DNA of 64,000 bases from Candidatus Latescibacterota bacterium. Lineage in GTDB: Bacteria > Latescibacterota > UBA2968 > GCA-2709665. The notes beneath the pieces are model-generated. The model was given only the letters and a program-made list of their open reading frames with translations. It was not told the origin of the DNA and searched no databases. Numbering within the stretch: position 1 is the first letter of the stretch; every line of letters starts with the position of its first letter. The DNA lies in contig OZ252100.1 in assembly GCA_965248435.1 (NCBI GenBank), positions 5,369,044-5,433,043 on the forward strand. Direction: 5' to 3'. This document shows positions 46,138 through 56,108 of this stretch, piece after piece. A program made the translations under genes and the position numbers.

Positions 46138-46905
46138 ATGCGAAACGTGGGTGCCATTTTCTGGAAAGAAATGCGGTCCTATTTCGGATCCCCCATCGCC
46201 TATGTGGTCGCCGGGGTCTATCTGCTCTTTATGGGATTTATGTTTCGGAACCTGGTCCTGGACTTCAACCAGCTCAGCATTACTTTTATGCAGCGTCAGC
46301 AGACGCCTCGAATAAACGTCCATGAATTCGTATTGAACAATTTTTTCGGCGTTCAAAACTTCGTGTGGATGATCATAACGCCGATGCTCACGATGCGGCT
46401 CCTGGCGGAAGAGAAACGGAGTGGAACGATTGAGCTGTTGATGACGTCGCCCCTTACGATCTGGCAGGTCCTGGTGGGGAAATTCACGGCCAGTCTAAGT
46501 CTCTATCTATTGATCGAAGCCTGTGCCTTTACCCTGCTCGGGTTTCTGAGCCTCTACACAGATCTCGACTGGGGTCCCATATTTTCGGCCGCTTTGGCCG
46601 TTTTGCTGATGGGGGCGACATTCATCAGTGTCGGAATTTTTGCCTCTTCGCTGACAGAGAATCAAGTGATCGCGGTTCTCCTTTCGTTTTTCCTGCTGAT
46701 CCTTTTGTGGGTCATCGATTTGGCCGCAAAATTTTCCGGGCCGCTTGTTGCTGGAATTTTGAGGTATCTCTCCTATTTGAAACACATGTCAGACATGACC
46801 CGAGGTGTGATCGATACGAGCGATATTGTCTTCTTTCTGAGCATGACCGGCTTCTTCATGTTTCTCACATACACTGTGCTCGAATCTAGGCGGTGGAGGC
46901 AGTAG
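46138..46905 (+). CDS. ABC-2 type permease (GldF-like)
   Basis: IFWKEMRSYFGSPIAYVVAGVYLLFMGFMF opening and 6 TM helices. Starts at the nucleotide after the ATPase stop. Confidence 0.8.
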   Translation: MRNVGAIFWKEMRSYFGSPIAYVVAGVYLLFMGFMFRNLVLDFNQLSITFMQRQQTPRINVHEFVLNNFFGVQNFVWMIITPMLTMRLLAEEKRSGTIELLMTSPLTIWQVLVGKFTASLSLYLLIEACAFTLLGFLSLYTDLDWGPIFSAALAVLLMGATFISVGIFASSLTENQVIAVLLSFFLLILLWVIDLAAKFSGPLVAGILRYLSYLKHMSDMTRGVIDTSDIVFFLSMTGFFMFLTYTVLESRRWRQ

Positions 46906-46908
46906 GCC

Positions 46909-48285
46909 ATGACGGGTTTTTTCGCAGGCAGAACATTTCGGTATGGATCAAACACGTTCGTCGCCGTGCTGATGGTCCTGGGCATTCTGATTGTCGTCAA
47001 TTTCCTGGCCGCTCGCTATAGTCGCCGCTTTGATTTGACTGAAGAGAACATATACAGCCTTTCAGACCAGACGGTGACCTTGCTGGACTCCCTGGAAGTC
47101 GACGTCCGTGTTACGGCATTCTTCCGAGATCGAGACCGACAGAAATTGGAAAGCCTTCTCAAGGAATATGCCTACTATTCTGAACGTTTTTCATATCGCT
47201 TCGTGGATCCGGATCGAGAGCCTGCAGAAGCCAGAAGGTATGGCATCAAGTCTTACGGGACTTCGGTGATCGAGGCCGGAGAAAAAGAGGAGCGCCTGGT
47301 AACACGAGTGGAAAAGGATCTTACAAACGGGATCGCGAAGGCAATCAGAGAAGGCACAAAAATCATCTATTTCCTGGCTGGACACGGCGAAGTTTCCACG
47401 GGCAATGCAGATCGGGAGGGCTACCAGAAGGTAAGAGAGGCCCTGCTCGACATCAATTACGAGGTCCGGGACTCGCTCATTTTGGCCCAGGCCAGGCAGG
47501 TTCCCGATGACTGCGACCTTCTCGTGGTCGCCGGTCCCAGGAAACCGCTATTCGAATCCGAGGTCGATCTCATACGAACCTATTTAGAGGGTGGAGGGGC
47601 CGGCTTATTCCTGCTCGATCCAGGCGTAGTAACGGGATTGGATCGGATGCTGGAAGGCTGGACCGTTCGTGTTCACGATGATTTCGTTGTGGACGGAAGC
47701 GCCGTGGGGAGGGTTTATGGGCTCGATCTCTCTATGCCGGTTGCAGCCAAATATGGCAAGCATCCCGTTACGGCAAAGCACGCAGGTTTGATGACCTTCT
47801 TCAGGATGGCCCGATCTGTGAGTCGCACAGGGACCGCGGTCGGTGTAGAAGCCGTTGAATTGGTCCACACTTCGAAGCAGAGTTGGGGAGAGACCGAGTT
47901 CGCAGGTGAAAAACCGAAATTCGACCCCGAGTCAGAGCGACGGGGTCCACTTTCCATTGCTGTCGCGGTGAAGGCCGATCCCAAAAGACGCCAGCTGAGA
48001 CTCGGGGATGCAGCCGACCGGAAAACGCGAATGGTCGTCTTCGGCGACTCCGATTTCGCGAACAATCAGTTCTTCAGTGCCCAGGGCAACGGAGACCTGT
48101 TGTTGAATGCGGTGAGCTGGCTCCTGGAGGAGGGGGAACTCATCGCCATTCGGGCAAAGGAGCGCAGCTTCAGGCCGATTCTGCTGACGCTACGAGACGA
48201 GACCTGGATGTTCATCCTGTCGCTGGTGATCCTGCCCGCGCTTCCTGTTGTTGCAGGGATCGTGGTCTGGTGGCGGAGGCGCTGA
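46909..48285 (+). CDS. GldG-like ABC-transport auxiliary protein
   Basis: N- and C-terminal TM anchors. RFDLTEENIYSLSDQT, FGDSDFANNQF and LLLNAVSWL are typical of the GldG / ABC_transp_aux family. Confidence 0.75.
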   Translation: MTGFFAGRTFRYGSNTFVAVLMVLGILIVVNFLAARYSRRFDLTEENIYSLSDQTVTLLDSLEVDVRVTAFFRDRDRQKLESLLKEYAYYSERFSYRFVDPDREPAEARRYGIKSYGTSVIEAGEKEERLVTRVEKDLTNGIAKAIREGTKIIYFLAGHGEVSTGNADREGYQKVREALLDINYEVRDSLILAQARQVPDDCDLLVVAGPRKPLFESEVDLIRTYLEGGGAGLFLLDPGVVTGLDRMLEGWTVRVHDDFVVDGSAVGRVYGLDLSMPVAAKYGKHPVTAKHAGLMTFFRMARSVSRTGTAVGVEAVELVHTSKQSWGETEFAGEKPKFDPESERRGPLSIAVAVKADPKRRQLRLGDAADRKTRMVVFGDSDFANNQFFSAQGNGDLLLNAVSWLLEEGELIAIRAKERSFRPILLTLRDETWMFILSLVILPALPVVAGIVVWWRRR

Positions 48286-48325
48286 ACGGTCTAGGCTGAC
48301 TTGCTATGCCGGCCAGAAAGGTCAT

Positions 48326-49696
48326 ATGGGCTTTCGGACGACGGCAGTTCTAGGGACGCTCTTTATCGCGCTGCTCGCGTTCCTTTACTTCTACGAATCG
48401 GAGCTTTCGAAGGAGCGAAGGCGGGCGAGGGAAGAGGAGAAAAGCGTCCTCAGCATTGACAAGGAAGCCGTAACGCGTATTCAAATCCTGTGGGCAGACA
48501 CGGTTCTCGTTGCTGTGAAGGAAGGCAAGGATTGGCAGATTCTGGAGCCGATCCGTTTCGAGGGGGACAACGGAAACTTTGACGGGCTCGTCACGATCGC
48601 GAGCGAGATCGACAGAGAGCGGGTGATCGCTGAGAGCACGGCCGTGGAAAACGGGGAAGTGAATATTGCGGAGTTTGGACTTGCGGATCCCGGAGTCGTC
48701 GTGGAGCTCCACCAGGAAGGGAAGGATCCGGATACGGTCTATGTCGGCGACCGGACGCCCGTTGAGGGGTATTTCTACCTGAGACGGTCCGGAAACCCCG
48801 AAATCTTGATGAGCAGTGGCTGGCGCAAGGATTTCTTTCAGAAAGGGCTGTTCTACCTGAGGGACAAGCAGATCTTGCCTTTCCGTGTGCTTGAAGATGT
48901 ACAAAGGATCGAGTTTGTCTTGCAAGGTCACGTGATCGAGGCAGTGAAGCAGGGGGAATCCTGGCGCCTGGAACAGCCCCTGGTAGACCGAGCAGACGAT
49001 GGGGCAGTAAAAGGACTACTCAATCGGGTGCGATCCGGGAGGATCCTGGAGTTCGTTGATGAACGGGGTGAGGACCTCGCCTCCTATGGGCTTGAACGAC
49101 CGTGGGCAAGAATCTCCCTTCAGGAGGGAGACGAGAAGAAGACGCTGATTCTGGGGGATTCAACGGCGTCTAACGGCAATACGCGGTTCTATGGAAAGTA
49201 CCTGCCGAGGGCTCCGATCTTTCTGGTCGACAAGAGCCTTGTAGGGCAACTGATTGCGTCTTCCGCAGGTCTGCGACACAAGCAGATTTTTGCTTTCAAC
49301 CCAGAGGGTGTTGATCGGGTATCCCTGGTCTATCCTGACAGCACCGTGAACTGCGAGATTGATGCGACCTCAAATGAATGGGTCGTGCAGTCTCCTCCCT
49401 CGCGGTTGGTTCTTAGGAGCAATGTCGAGTCGCTAATCCGGCGGGCGAGTGCGATGAAAGCGAAAGGCTTCGTGTCTGAAAATCTGGACGATTCGAGAAA
49501 GTACGGTCTGGATCAGCCGACCGTCGTAGCAAAATTTTGGAAGGGCACGGAGTTAAGAAGGAGAATTACAGTTGCAGCAGGCGACGCCGTCATCTACGCC
49601 ACAATGGATTCCAGACCTCAAGTCGTCGTGGTCTACGATAACGCTCTGGATGAATTGAAGCTGGAATTGATTCAGAAGCGAACAGGTTCAGAATAG
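48326..49696 (+). CDS. DUF4340-like protein
   Basis: N-terminal TM, then repeated beta-rich modules. This is the usual position immediately after GldG-like genes. Confidence 0.55.
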   Translation: MGFRTTAVLGTLFIALLAFLYFYESELSKERRRAREEEKSVLSIDKEAVTRIQILWADTVLVAVKEGKDWQILEPIRFEGDNGNFDGLVTIASEIDRERVIAESTAVENGEVNIAEFGLADPGVVVELHQEGKDPDTVYVGDRTPVEGYFYLRRSGNPEILMSSGWRKDFFQKGLFYLRDKQILPFRVLEDVQRIEFVLQGHVIEAVKQGESWRLEQPLVDRADDGAVKGLLNRVRSGRILEFVDERGEDLASYGLERPWARISLQEGDEKKTLILGDSTASNGNTRFYGKYLPRAPIFLVDKSLVGQLIASSAGLRHKQIFAFNPEGVDRVSLVYPDSTVNCEIDATSNEWVVQSPPSRLVLRSNVESLIRRASAMKAKGFVSENLDDSRKYGLDQPTVVAKFWKGTELRRRITVAAGDAVIYATMDSRPQVVVVYDNALDELKLELIQKRTGSE

Positions 49697-49753
49697 GCCG
49701 CTGGATATCGCGATGAGCGTGAAAACGAGCACGGACACGACCTGGGGGACACA

Positions 49754-50443
49754 ATGAAAAAGATTTTCACGCTGCTGGGAATCGTCCTGTCGTTTTCACC
49801 ATGCTTTGCGACTGAGGCGGAGGAGACGAAACCCGCACTGGAAGACAGCATCAAGCTCAGCAATTACGACTGGGACTACGAACCCTACGTTTCGCATTTG
49901 AGGGAACACGTGGAAATCGGAGTCTCGCCTAGACGGGGCTTTAAGCTCGGTTTGGTCGATGGAAGGATGTGGGTGAGCTTCAAGCTTCTTCGGAGTGGAA
50001 AATCGATTGGCCTGAAGCTGCTGGGGCCTGAGGGGCGCCCGCTCAAGAGGAACCGATGGACAAAGGAAATCAGCCTGTATACGAAAGTCAAACCCCTGGC
50101 TGACGACTTTCCCGATCAGTATTTGGAAGTGACCGGGATTTTTAATTTTGTCGTCATTCGTCTGGACGAGGAGAAAAAAGAACCGTCTGCATCCGAGAGT
50201 GAGATCGTCATCATCAACGATGAGGTCGGCGAAGTGATCGACCTGGAGGAAAGAAACCGCTTCGGGTTGTTTGGAGACGTCGAGGGATTCCTGTCGGCTT
50301 CCTACTTCAAGCATCCTGGTGACGCCTACACGATTCAGCTCCTAACGCTCGATCCCTCTGGGGAAGAGGTTACGGACGACAATCCTGTCAGCTATGCCGC
50401 AGTAGAAATGATCAGAGCGAGCATCGAAGAAAAGAGTGAATGA
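49754..50443 (+). CDS. secreted hypothetical protein
   Basis: Signal peptide MKKIFTLLGIVLSFSPCFA. No recognisable family motif. Confidence 0.5.
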   Translation: MKKIFTLLGIVLSFSPCFATEAEETKPALEDSIKLSNYDWDYEPYVSHLREHVEIGVSPRRGFKLGLVDGRMWVSFKLLRSGKSIGLKLLGPEGRPLKRNRWTKEISLYTKVKPLADDFPDQYLEVTGIFNFVVIRLDEEKKEPSASESEIVIINDEVGEVIDLEERNRFGLFGDVEGFLSASYFKHPGDAYTIQLLTLDPSGEEVTDDNPVSYAAVEMIRASIEEKSE

Positions 50444-50484
50444 CGAGCTGGTGAGCACGACAAGAACCCGTCAGATTCAAGCCG

Positions 50485-51432
50485 ATGACTCAACGCTGTA
50501 CCTATCCACTTCTCATCCTCCTCAGCCTGATCTGTACCCACTCCGCTTCCCTCGCTGAATTCTCTGTTCTTAGTGGCGTCGATCGCGATACGGTTTCGGT
50601 TGGCGACCTCATTACGTTTCGGTTGCGCGTTTTGCGAGCACCCGAAGACCGGGTCGAGATTTTGCCAGGCGTTGGATTTCCGGGTGTCTTCGAGATTCGA
50701 GGTCAGCAGGAACCGGTCATTCAAAAGGACAAAGCACAGGTCAAAGAGACCCGTGATTATGTTCTGGCCGTTTACCAAACGGGTAGGTTCGAGATTCCCC
50801 CACTGGTCGTTGAAGCCGTCTCAGGTGCGGGAGATACCACTCGGATCCCGACCGATCCGGTCCCGATCGTAGTTCGCAGCGTAATGCCAGAGGGACTTTC
50901 CGACATTCTGGACATCAAGCCTCCGGTGGAAGTAGAAGCCCGCGTTCCGTGGTGGGTATGGGTTGCGAGTGTCGGGTTTCTCGGGATTGTTGTCGGTATC
51001 GTATGGGTTTTGAGGCGGAAACGCCGGAAACCGGTCACCGTGCTACCGCCCCCTCCCGTTGACTGGAGGGTTGAGGTTGAGAAGATCGCTCGGATGGGGC
51101 TGATGGAGAAGGGCGATTACAAACAGTTCTACACGCTGCTTTCCGAATTGTTTCGTCGTTATCTAGAAGCGGAAGTGGGGATCGAGGCCATGGAGCGCAC
51201 AACACGGGAGATTGCTACAGATATGAACAAAGGTTCGATTTCAGACGCCACCATAACCGCTACTCGCGCGTTTCTGTTGGATGCCGACCTGGTAAAATTC
51301 GCGAAATTCAGACCTCCAGAAAAGGTTGTTCGGGCTGCGTCTGAGCAGGTCCTGGAATTGATTCAAAGATTGGAGTCGACTCCGACACCTGCCGCGCAAG
51401 AAAAGATCTCTACTACGGGGACGTCCGGATGA
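50485..51432 (+). CDS. DUF4381-like membrane protein (Bat-operon associated)
   Basis: Central TM WWVWVASVGFLGIVVGIVWVLRRKRRK, followed by a helical region as in DUF4381. It sits directly before batA. Confidence 0.55.
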   Translation: MTQRCTYPLLILLSLICTHSASLAEFSVLSGVDRDTVSVGDLITFRLRVLRAPEDRVEILPGVGFPGVFEIRGQQEPVIQKDKAQVKETRDYVLAVYQTGRFEIPPLVVEAVSGAGDTTRIPTDPVPIVVRSVMPEGLSDILDIKPPVEVEARVPWWVWVASVGFLGIVVGIVWVLRRKRRKPVTVLPPPPVDWRVEVEKIARMGLMEKGDYKQFYTLLSELFRRYLEAEVGIEAMERTTREIATDMNKGSISDATITATRAFLLDADLVKFAKFRPPEKVVRAASEQVLELIQRLESTPTPAAQEKISTTGTSG

Positions 51433-52430
51433 TTCGGTTTGAGGACCCTGAAGCACTCCTGCTGCTTGCACTTATCCCGGTTTTGCTCTATCGCTATCTG
51501 CACCGGGAACGGCAGAAGCGCGGGAGCATTCGATTCTCGGACACGACGCCATTTAGAGAGATTCCGTCTTCTTTGCTTCTCAAGTTCAGACACAGCTTGA
51601 TCGTGTTTCGCTGCCTTGCGCTAGTGCTATTAGTGCTTGCTTTGGCCAGGCCCCAATCCGGTCGGGAAAGCCGCGAGTTCTTGACTCAGGGGATTGATAT
51701 CGTCCTCGCGCTGGATGTGTCCAGCAGCATGAAGGCCAAAGACCTCGATCATCAGCAAAAGAGTCGGCTGGACGTTTGCAAGGAGGTCGTGACCCAGTTC
51801 GTGGAAGGCCGCACGAATGACCGGCTGGGGCTTGTCGTGTTCGCGGGCGAGAGCTACACGCAGTGCCCCTTGACGCTCGACTATCGAGTCTTCCAGACCT
51901 TCCTGGACCTGGTCGAAATTGCTGGCGATTCTTGGGACGGTACGGCCATTGGCACCGGAATCGCCACGGCTGTGAACCGTCTCCGGAAGTCTGATGCGAA
52001 GAGCAAAGTAGCCATTCTGCTGACGGACGGTGTCAACAACCGGGGAGAGATCGATCCGATCACTGCTGCGAAAGCGGCGAAGGCCGTCGGCGTACGGATC
52101 TATACCATCGGAGCTGGAAGTGATGGAACAGTTAGACGAAAAGTTGACAGCGGAATCTTCGGATCCCGATACGTTACGGACAAAGTGGAGATCGACGAGG
52201 AGGTCCTTAAGGAGGTGGCGGCCATTACCGGAGGACGCTATTATCGGGCGACAAGTGAACAGAAACTGGAGGAGATCTATACCGAAATCGGCGAGATGGA
52301 AAAAGTTGAAATCAAAACCCGAGACTACGTAGATTACGATGAACGCTTCGCAGGCTTCCTCTGGCCGGGGTTGTTCCTTATCGGGTTGGAGGTGTTGTTG
52401 GCGAACACGCGTTTTCGGAGGATCCCATAA
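51429..52430 (+). CDS. batA: VWA-domain protein BatA
   Basis: N-terminal FEDPEALLLLALIPVLL. MIDAS LALDVSSSM. C-terminal TM. Confidence 0.85.
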   Translation: MIRFEDPEALLLLALIPVLLYRYLHRERQKRGSIRFSDTTPFREIPSSLLLKFRHSLIVFRCLALVLLVLALARPQSGRESREFLTQGIDIVLALDVSSSMKAKDLDHQQKSRLDVCKEVVTQFVEGRTNDRLGLVVFAGESYTQCPLTLDYRVFQTFLDLVEIAGDSWDGTAIGTGIATAVNRLRKSDAKSKVAILLTDGVNNRGEIDPITAAKAAKAVGVRIYTIGAGSDGTVRRKVDSGIFGSRYVTDKVEIDEEVLKEVAAITGGRYYRATSEQKLEEIYTEIGEMEKVEIKTRDYVDYDERFAGFLWPGLFLIGLEVLLANTRFRRIP

Positions 52431-52431
52431 C

Positions 52432-53454
52432 ATGCGGTTTGGCAACCTGGATGCCTTCTGGTTTCTGGTCATGGTGCCCCTGGGAATTATTTTCTATGTC
52501 TGGGCGTTTCACAGGAAGCAGCGCAGACTCGGTGAGTTCGGTAACCCGAAGCTGATGGAAAAATTGACGTCGGCAACCAGTTGGGCGCGCCAGGGGAGCA
52601 AGGCCGCTATGATCATCACAGGGATTTTCTTCCTGGTGTTGGCGCTCGGTCAGCCTCAGTTCGGCACAAAACTGGAGCTCCTGCACCGGAGGGGCGTCGA
52701 CATTATGATCGGCCTCGATACCTCCTTGAGCATGTTGGCCGAAGACATCAAGCCGAACCGACTTACGCGCGCGCGGTATGAGATCGAAGGACTGATCGAC
52801 CGATTGGAAGGGGATCGAATCGGACTCGTGGCCTTCGCCGGGAAAAGCTTTGTGTTGTGCCCTCTGACGCTCGATTACGGTGCCGCAAAGATCTTTCTGG
52901 ACACGGTAGACACGGACCTGATCTCCGTAAAGGGAACGGCGATCGGAGATGCCGTTCGGATGGCCACGCGGGCCTTCGGGTCGAGCGAAAAGAAGTACCA
53001 GGTCTTGATCCTGATCACCGACGGAGAGGACCACGCCGGAGATCCGCTCGACGCAGCAGAGGCGGCGGCTGACGCCGGTGTTCGCATCTTCGCCGTTGGC
53101 GTCGGGACGCCCGATGGAGAGCTCGTCCCGATTCGAGACGGGGATGAGGTAAATTACTTGAGGGATTCCGCGGGGCGTATCGTGAAGACACGTCTGGACC
53201 AGGCCACCCTGGAGAAAATGGCTGCGCTGACAGATGGTGCCTATGTGCAGGCCGGCGGGGGAAGGGTCGGTCTTGAAGAGGTGTATACCAGAATCGCAGA
53301 AATGGAGAAGAAAGACCTGGGTTCGCGTGAGTACACTCAATACATAGATCGCTTTCAATGGCCTCTGGCGCTTGCCCTGGTCTGCTTCTTGGGTGAGGCG
53401 CTGCTTTCAGACCGACGAAAGTTGGGCGGGGAATGGAGAGGACGGTTCCAGTGA
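52432..53454 (+). CDS. batB: VWA-domain protein BatB
   Basis: MIDAS IGLDTSLSM, VAFAG, and ILITDGEDH. ATG lies 1 nt after the batA stop. Confidence 0.85.
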   Translation: MRFGNLDAFWFLVMVPLGIIFYVWAFHRKQRRLGEFGNPKLMEKLTSATSWARQGSKAAMIITGIFFLVLALGQPQFGTKLELLHRRGVDIMIGLDTSLSMLAEDIKPNRLTRARYEIEGLIDRLEGDRIGLVAFAGKSFVLCPLTLDYGAAKIFLDTVDTDLISVKGTAIGDAVRMATRAFGSSEKKYQVLILITDGEDHAGDPLDAAEAAADAGVRIFAVGVGTPDGELVPIRDGDEVNYLRDSAGRIVKTRLDQATLEKMAALTDGAYVQAGGGRVGLEEVYTRIAEMEKKDLGSREYTQYIDRFQWPLALALVCFLGEALLSDRRKLGGEWRGRFQ

Positions 53455-53464
53455 GGAGAGTTTT

Positions 53465-54229
53465 TTGAAAAGTTTTGCATCATCTTACGTGGTCGCTGTT
53501 CTGGTCCTTCCGCTACTGGGCTTCACCTTTCTTGATCCGGTGGCAAAGAAGAATCTAGAAGGGAATCGATTGTTCGATGAAGGACGGTTCGAAGCGGCCC
53601 TTGAGCATTATCGAGAAGCTCAGCTTGAGGATGCGGAATCAAAACAGCTTCACTTCAATGCAGGGGATGCCCTTTACAAGCAAGGCAGACACGACGAGGC
53701 CATCCAGGAATTCGAGCACGCCTTGGACGACCCTGACGCATCCTTTTCATCGAAGAGCTTATACAATTTGGGCAATGTCCTCTTCCGGAAGAACCAACTT
53801 CATGAAGCGGTCGGTGCATACAAGAAGGCGTTGGAGCTCGATCCGAACGATACGGCCGCAAAGATCAATCTGGAGTATGTGCGGGACCTTCTAGACCAGC
53901 AGGAAGAGGAACAGCGTCAGGAACAGGATAAGCAAGAAAAGGATAAAGAGGAGGGGGAAGAAGAGGAGTCATCCCCCGAGGATAAAGAGCAAGGCGCCGA
54001 TGGTCAGCAGAAACCTGAAGACACACAAGACGACAATCAGGAAACACAGCAGCCTAACGAGGAAGGGCGCGACGAGACGCGCGAGGATGAGGCAACGCCC
54101 AAGGAGGGCGAGCTGAGCCTCGAGGAGGCCGAACGCCTCCTCGAGGCCCTAAAAGCCCACGAGATAGAAGCTCAGAAGCGGCGCAGGATCCGACTGTCTG
54201 AGGAACGATATACTGGTAATGAATGGTAG
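53465..54229 (+). CDS. batC: TPR protein BatC with acidic tail
   Basis: TM, then TPRs (GNRLFDEGRFEAALEHYREA..., YNLGNVLFRKNQLHEAVGAYKKALELDPND), then an E/D/Q-rich tail. The TTG start at 53465 is inferred. Confidence 0.65.
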   Translation: MKSFASSYVVAVLVLPLLGFTFLDPVAKKNLEGNRLFDEGRFEAALEHYREAQLEDAESKQLHFNAGDALYKQGRHDEAIQEFEHALDDPDASFSSKSLYNLGNVLFRKNQLHEAVGAYKKALELDPNDTAAKINLEYVRDLLDQQEEEQRQEQDKQEKDKEEGEEEESSPEDKEQGADGQQKPEDTQDDNQETQQPNEEGRDETREDEATPKEGELSLEEAERLLEALKAHEIEAQKRRRIRLSEERYTGNEW

Positions 54230-56108
54230 ATCCGGAAATTATTCCGAGGTGAATCAAAAGCCTGCAGGTCGCTTCTGGTTCGTGCTGCTGGCTCTGAGTA
54301 TCGCTGTGCAGATTCCTCAATCCACACTCGCGGGAGAACTTGATTTTCGCGCGAGCGTAGATAAGAATCGGGTCCAGGCTGGACAGCGTTTGACCCTTAC
54401 GGTTACGATGTCCTCAGAGGGTCTGAAATCGGCACCGACGCCCGAGTTGGACGCTCCAGATGGGTTCAGCATTCTGGGTAGGACGTCGTCGAGTTCCACC
54501 TCTATCAGCATCGTGAACGGCGCGATGACTACCACTCGGGAGGTTTCATTCGTCTACACATTAGAAGCGGAGCGGGAGGGTTCCTTCCTGATCGGTCCGG
54601 CCCGCGTGACACACCAGGGAAAATCCTATAAGACTTCTACGCTTCGAGTGGAAGTGGTGAAGGGAACGGGAAGAGGACGTTCCCAGTCTGTCCCACGAAC
54701 AGGAAAGACTCTGAAGGGGACCGACGTTCGCGAAATCGAGGAGAATCTCTTCATCCGGGCAGAGGCGGACAAGGACAGAGTCTATGTGGGAGAACAGCTG
54801 AACCTTTCTTACACGCTCTTTACGAGATACAACCTTCAGAACGTGAGCTACAGTCGAAATCCGACCTTCACCGGATTCTGGGCGGAATCGCTCTACGACG
54901 CCCAGCGGCTCGATCTAAAGCGCGAAAGCGTGCACGGACGGGTATACAACTCGGTGCTCCTGAAGCGTGTTGCCCTCTTTCCCACAACATCAGGCAGACA
55001 AGAGTTGGAACAACTTGAGATTGTTTGCGAGATTCCAGTCCGACGAAACCGAAGGAGTTTGTTCGACTTTGATGATTTCTTGGATTTAAACCCGTTTCAG
55101 GCACAGCAGGTCACCCTACGGTCTGCGCCCACGGAGATCGAAGTGCTTCCCCTGCCCGCGGGTGCCCCTCCAACCTTCGACGGAGCAGTGGGGCAGTTTC
55201 GGATCCTGTCGGAAGTGGATCCAAAGACGATTACTGCGGGGGAACCTGTCTCACTGAGTGTGACCCTGTCTGGACAGGGCAATCTGAACACTTTAACCGA
55301 GCCGGTGCGCCATAAGAGTGATCGGCTTCAGTTCTATGATCCTAAGGTTACCGTTGAAAAAGAGACGAAGGGAAATCGAATCAGGGGTCGAAAACGGTTT
55401 GAATACGTAGTCATTCCAGAAGCATCGGGCCGCATCCAAATCCCGCCGTTTCAGATGTCCTATTTCGACCCCGCTCAACGGGACTACGTCACGATCGAGA
55501 CCGAACCTGTGGATCTCCTCGTAACGCAAGGGTTGGATCCCGCCCATACCGTGAGGGCCCCCCTCCTCAGCCGGGAAGAGATTCGGCTGTTGGGAGAGGA
55601 TGTCCGACACATCAAACCGGACTTGACCGCCCTCGAGGATCACGGCGGCGCGCTTTACAAAGATGGGCGCTTTCTTACCCTTCAGGTTTTACCCGTGATC
55701 GCCCTTCTGGGCGTTGTGGCCTACAAGCGGCACCGGGAACGAATGCACGGAGATGTGGCCTACGCCCGCCGGCGTCGGTCAAAGTCTGAGGCCAAACGCA
55801 GGCTGTCACAGGCTCAGAGACTTATGAGGGAGGGGAAGGACGCTGCGTTCTACGCCGAAGTCTACCGGGCCCTTATCCAGTTTCTGGCCGACCGGTTAAA
55901 CCTGGCGCCATCCGAGATCCTCGGGGATTCGTCCGACAGGATTCTCGTGGAGCAGGGCGTACCGCAAGATCTGACGGCCCAGGTCAAGGCTGTACTCTAC
56001 CAATGCGACATGGCTCGGTTTTCTCCCGCTCAGGCTTCAAATGGTGAAATGAAGAGGCTGTGCGAGCAGACGGGGGAACTGATTGAGGCGCTCGGAAAGG
56101 TGATCTAG
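54219..56108 (+). CDS. batD: BatD (oxygen-tolerance) protein
   Basis: Repeated Ig-like modules opening with DKNRVQAGQRLTLTVTMS and ADKDRVYVGEQLNLSYTLF. TM near residue 480. Size and position fit BatD. Confidence 0.75.
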   Translation: MNGRSGNYSEVNQKPAGRFWFVLLALSIAVQIPQSTLAGELDFRASVDKNRVQAGQRLTLTVTMSSEGLKSAPTPELDAPDGFSILGRTSSSSTSISIVNGAMTTTREVSFVYTLEAEREGSFLIGPARVTHQGKSYKTSTLRVEVVKGTGRGRSQSVPRTGKTLKGTDVREIEENLFIRAEADKDRVYVGEQLNLSYTLFTRYNLQNVSYSRNPTFTGFWAESLYDAQRLDLKRESVHGRVYNSVLLKRVALFPTTSGRQELEQLEIVCEIPVRRNRRSLFDFDDFLDLNPFQAQQVTLRSAPTEIEVLPLPAGAPPTFDGAVGQFRILSEVDPKTITAGEPVSLSVTLSGQGNLNTLTEPVRHKSDRLQFYDPKVTVEKETKGNRIRGRKRFEYVVIPEASGRIQIPPFQMSYFDPAQRDYVTIETEPVDLLVTQGLDPAHTVRAPLLSREEIRLLGEDVRHIKPDLTALEDHGGALYKDGRFLTLQVLPVIALLGVVAYKRHRERMHGDVAYARRRRSKSEAKRRLSQAQRLMREGKDAAFYAEVYRALIQFLADRLNLAPSEILGDSSDRILVEQGVPQDLTAQVKAVLYQCDMARFSPAQASNGEMKRLCEQTGELIEALGKVI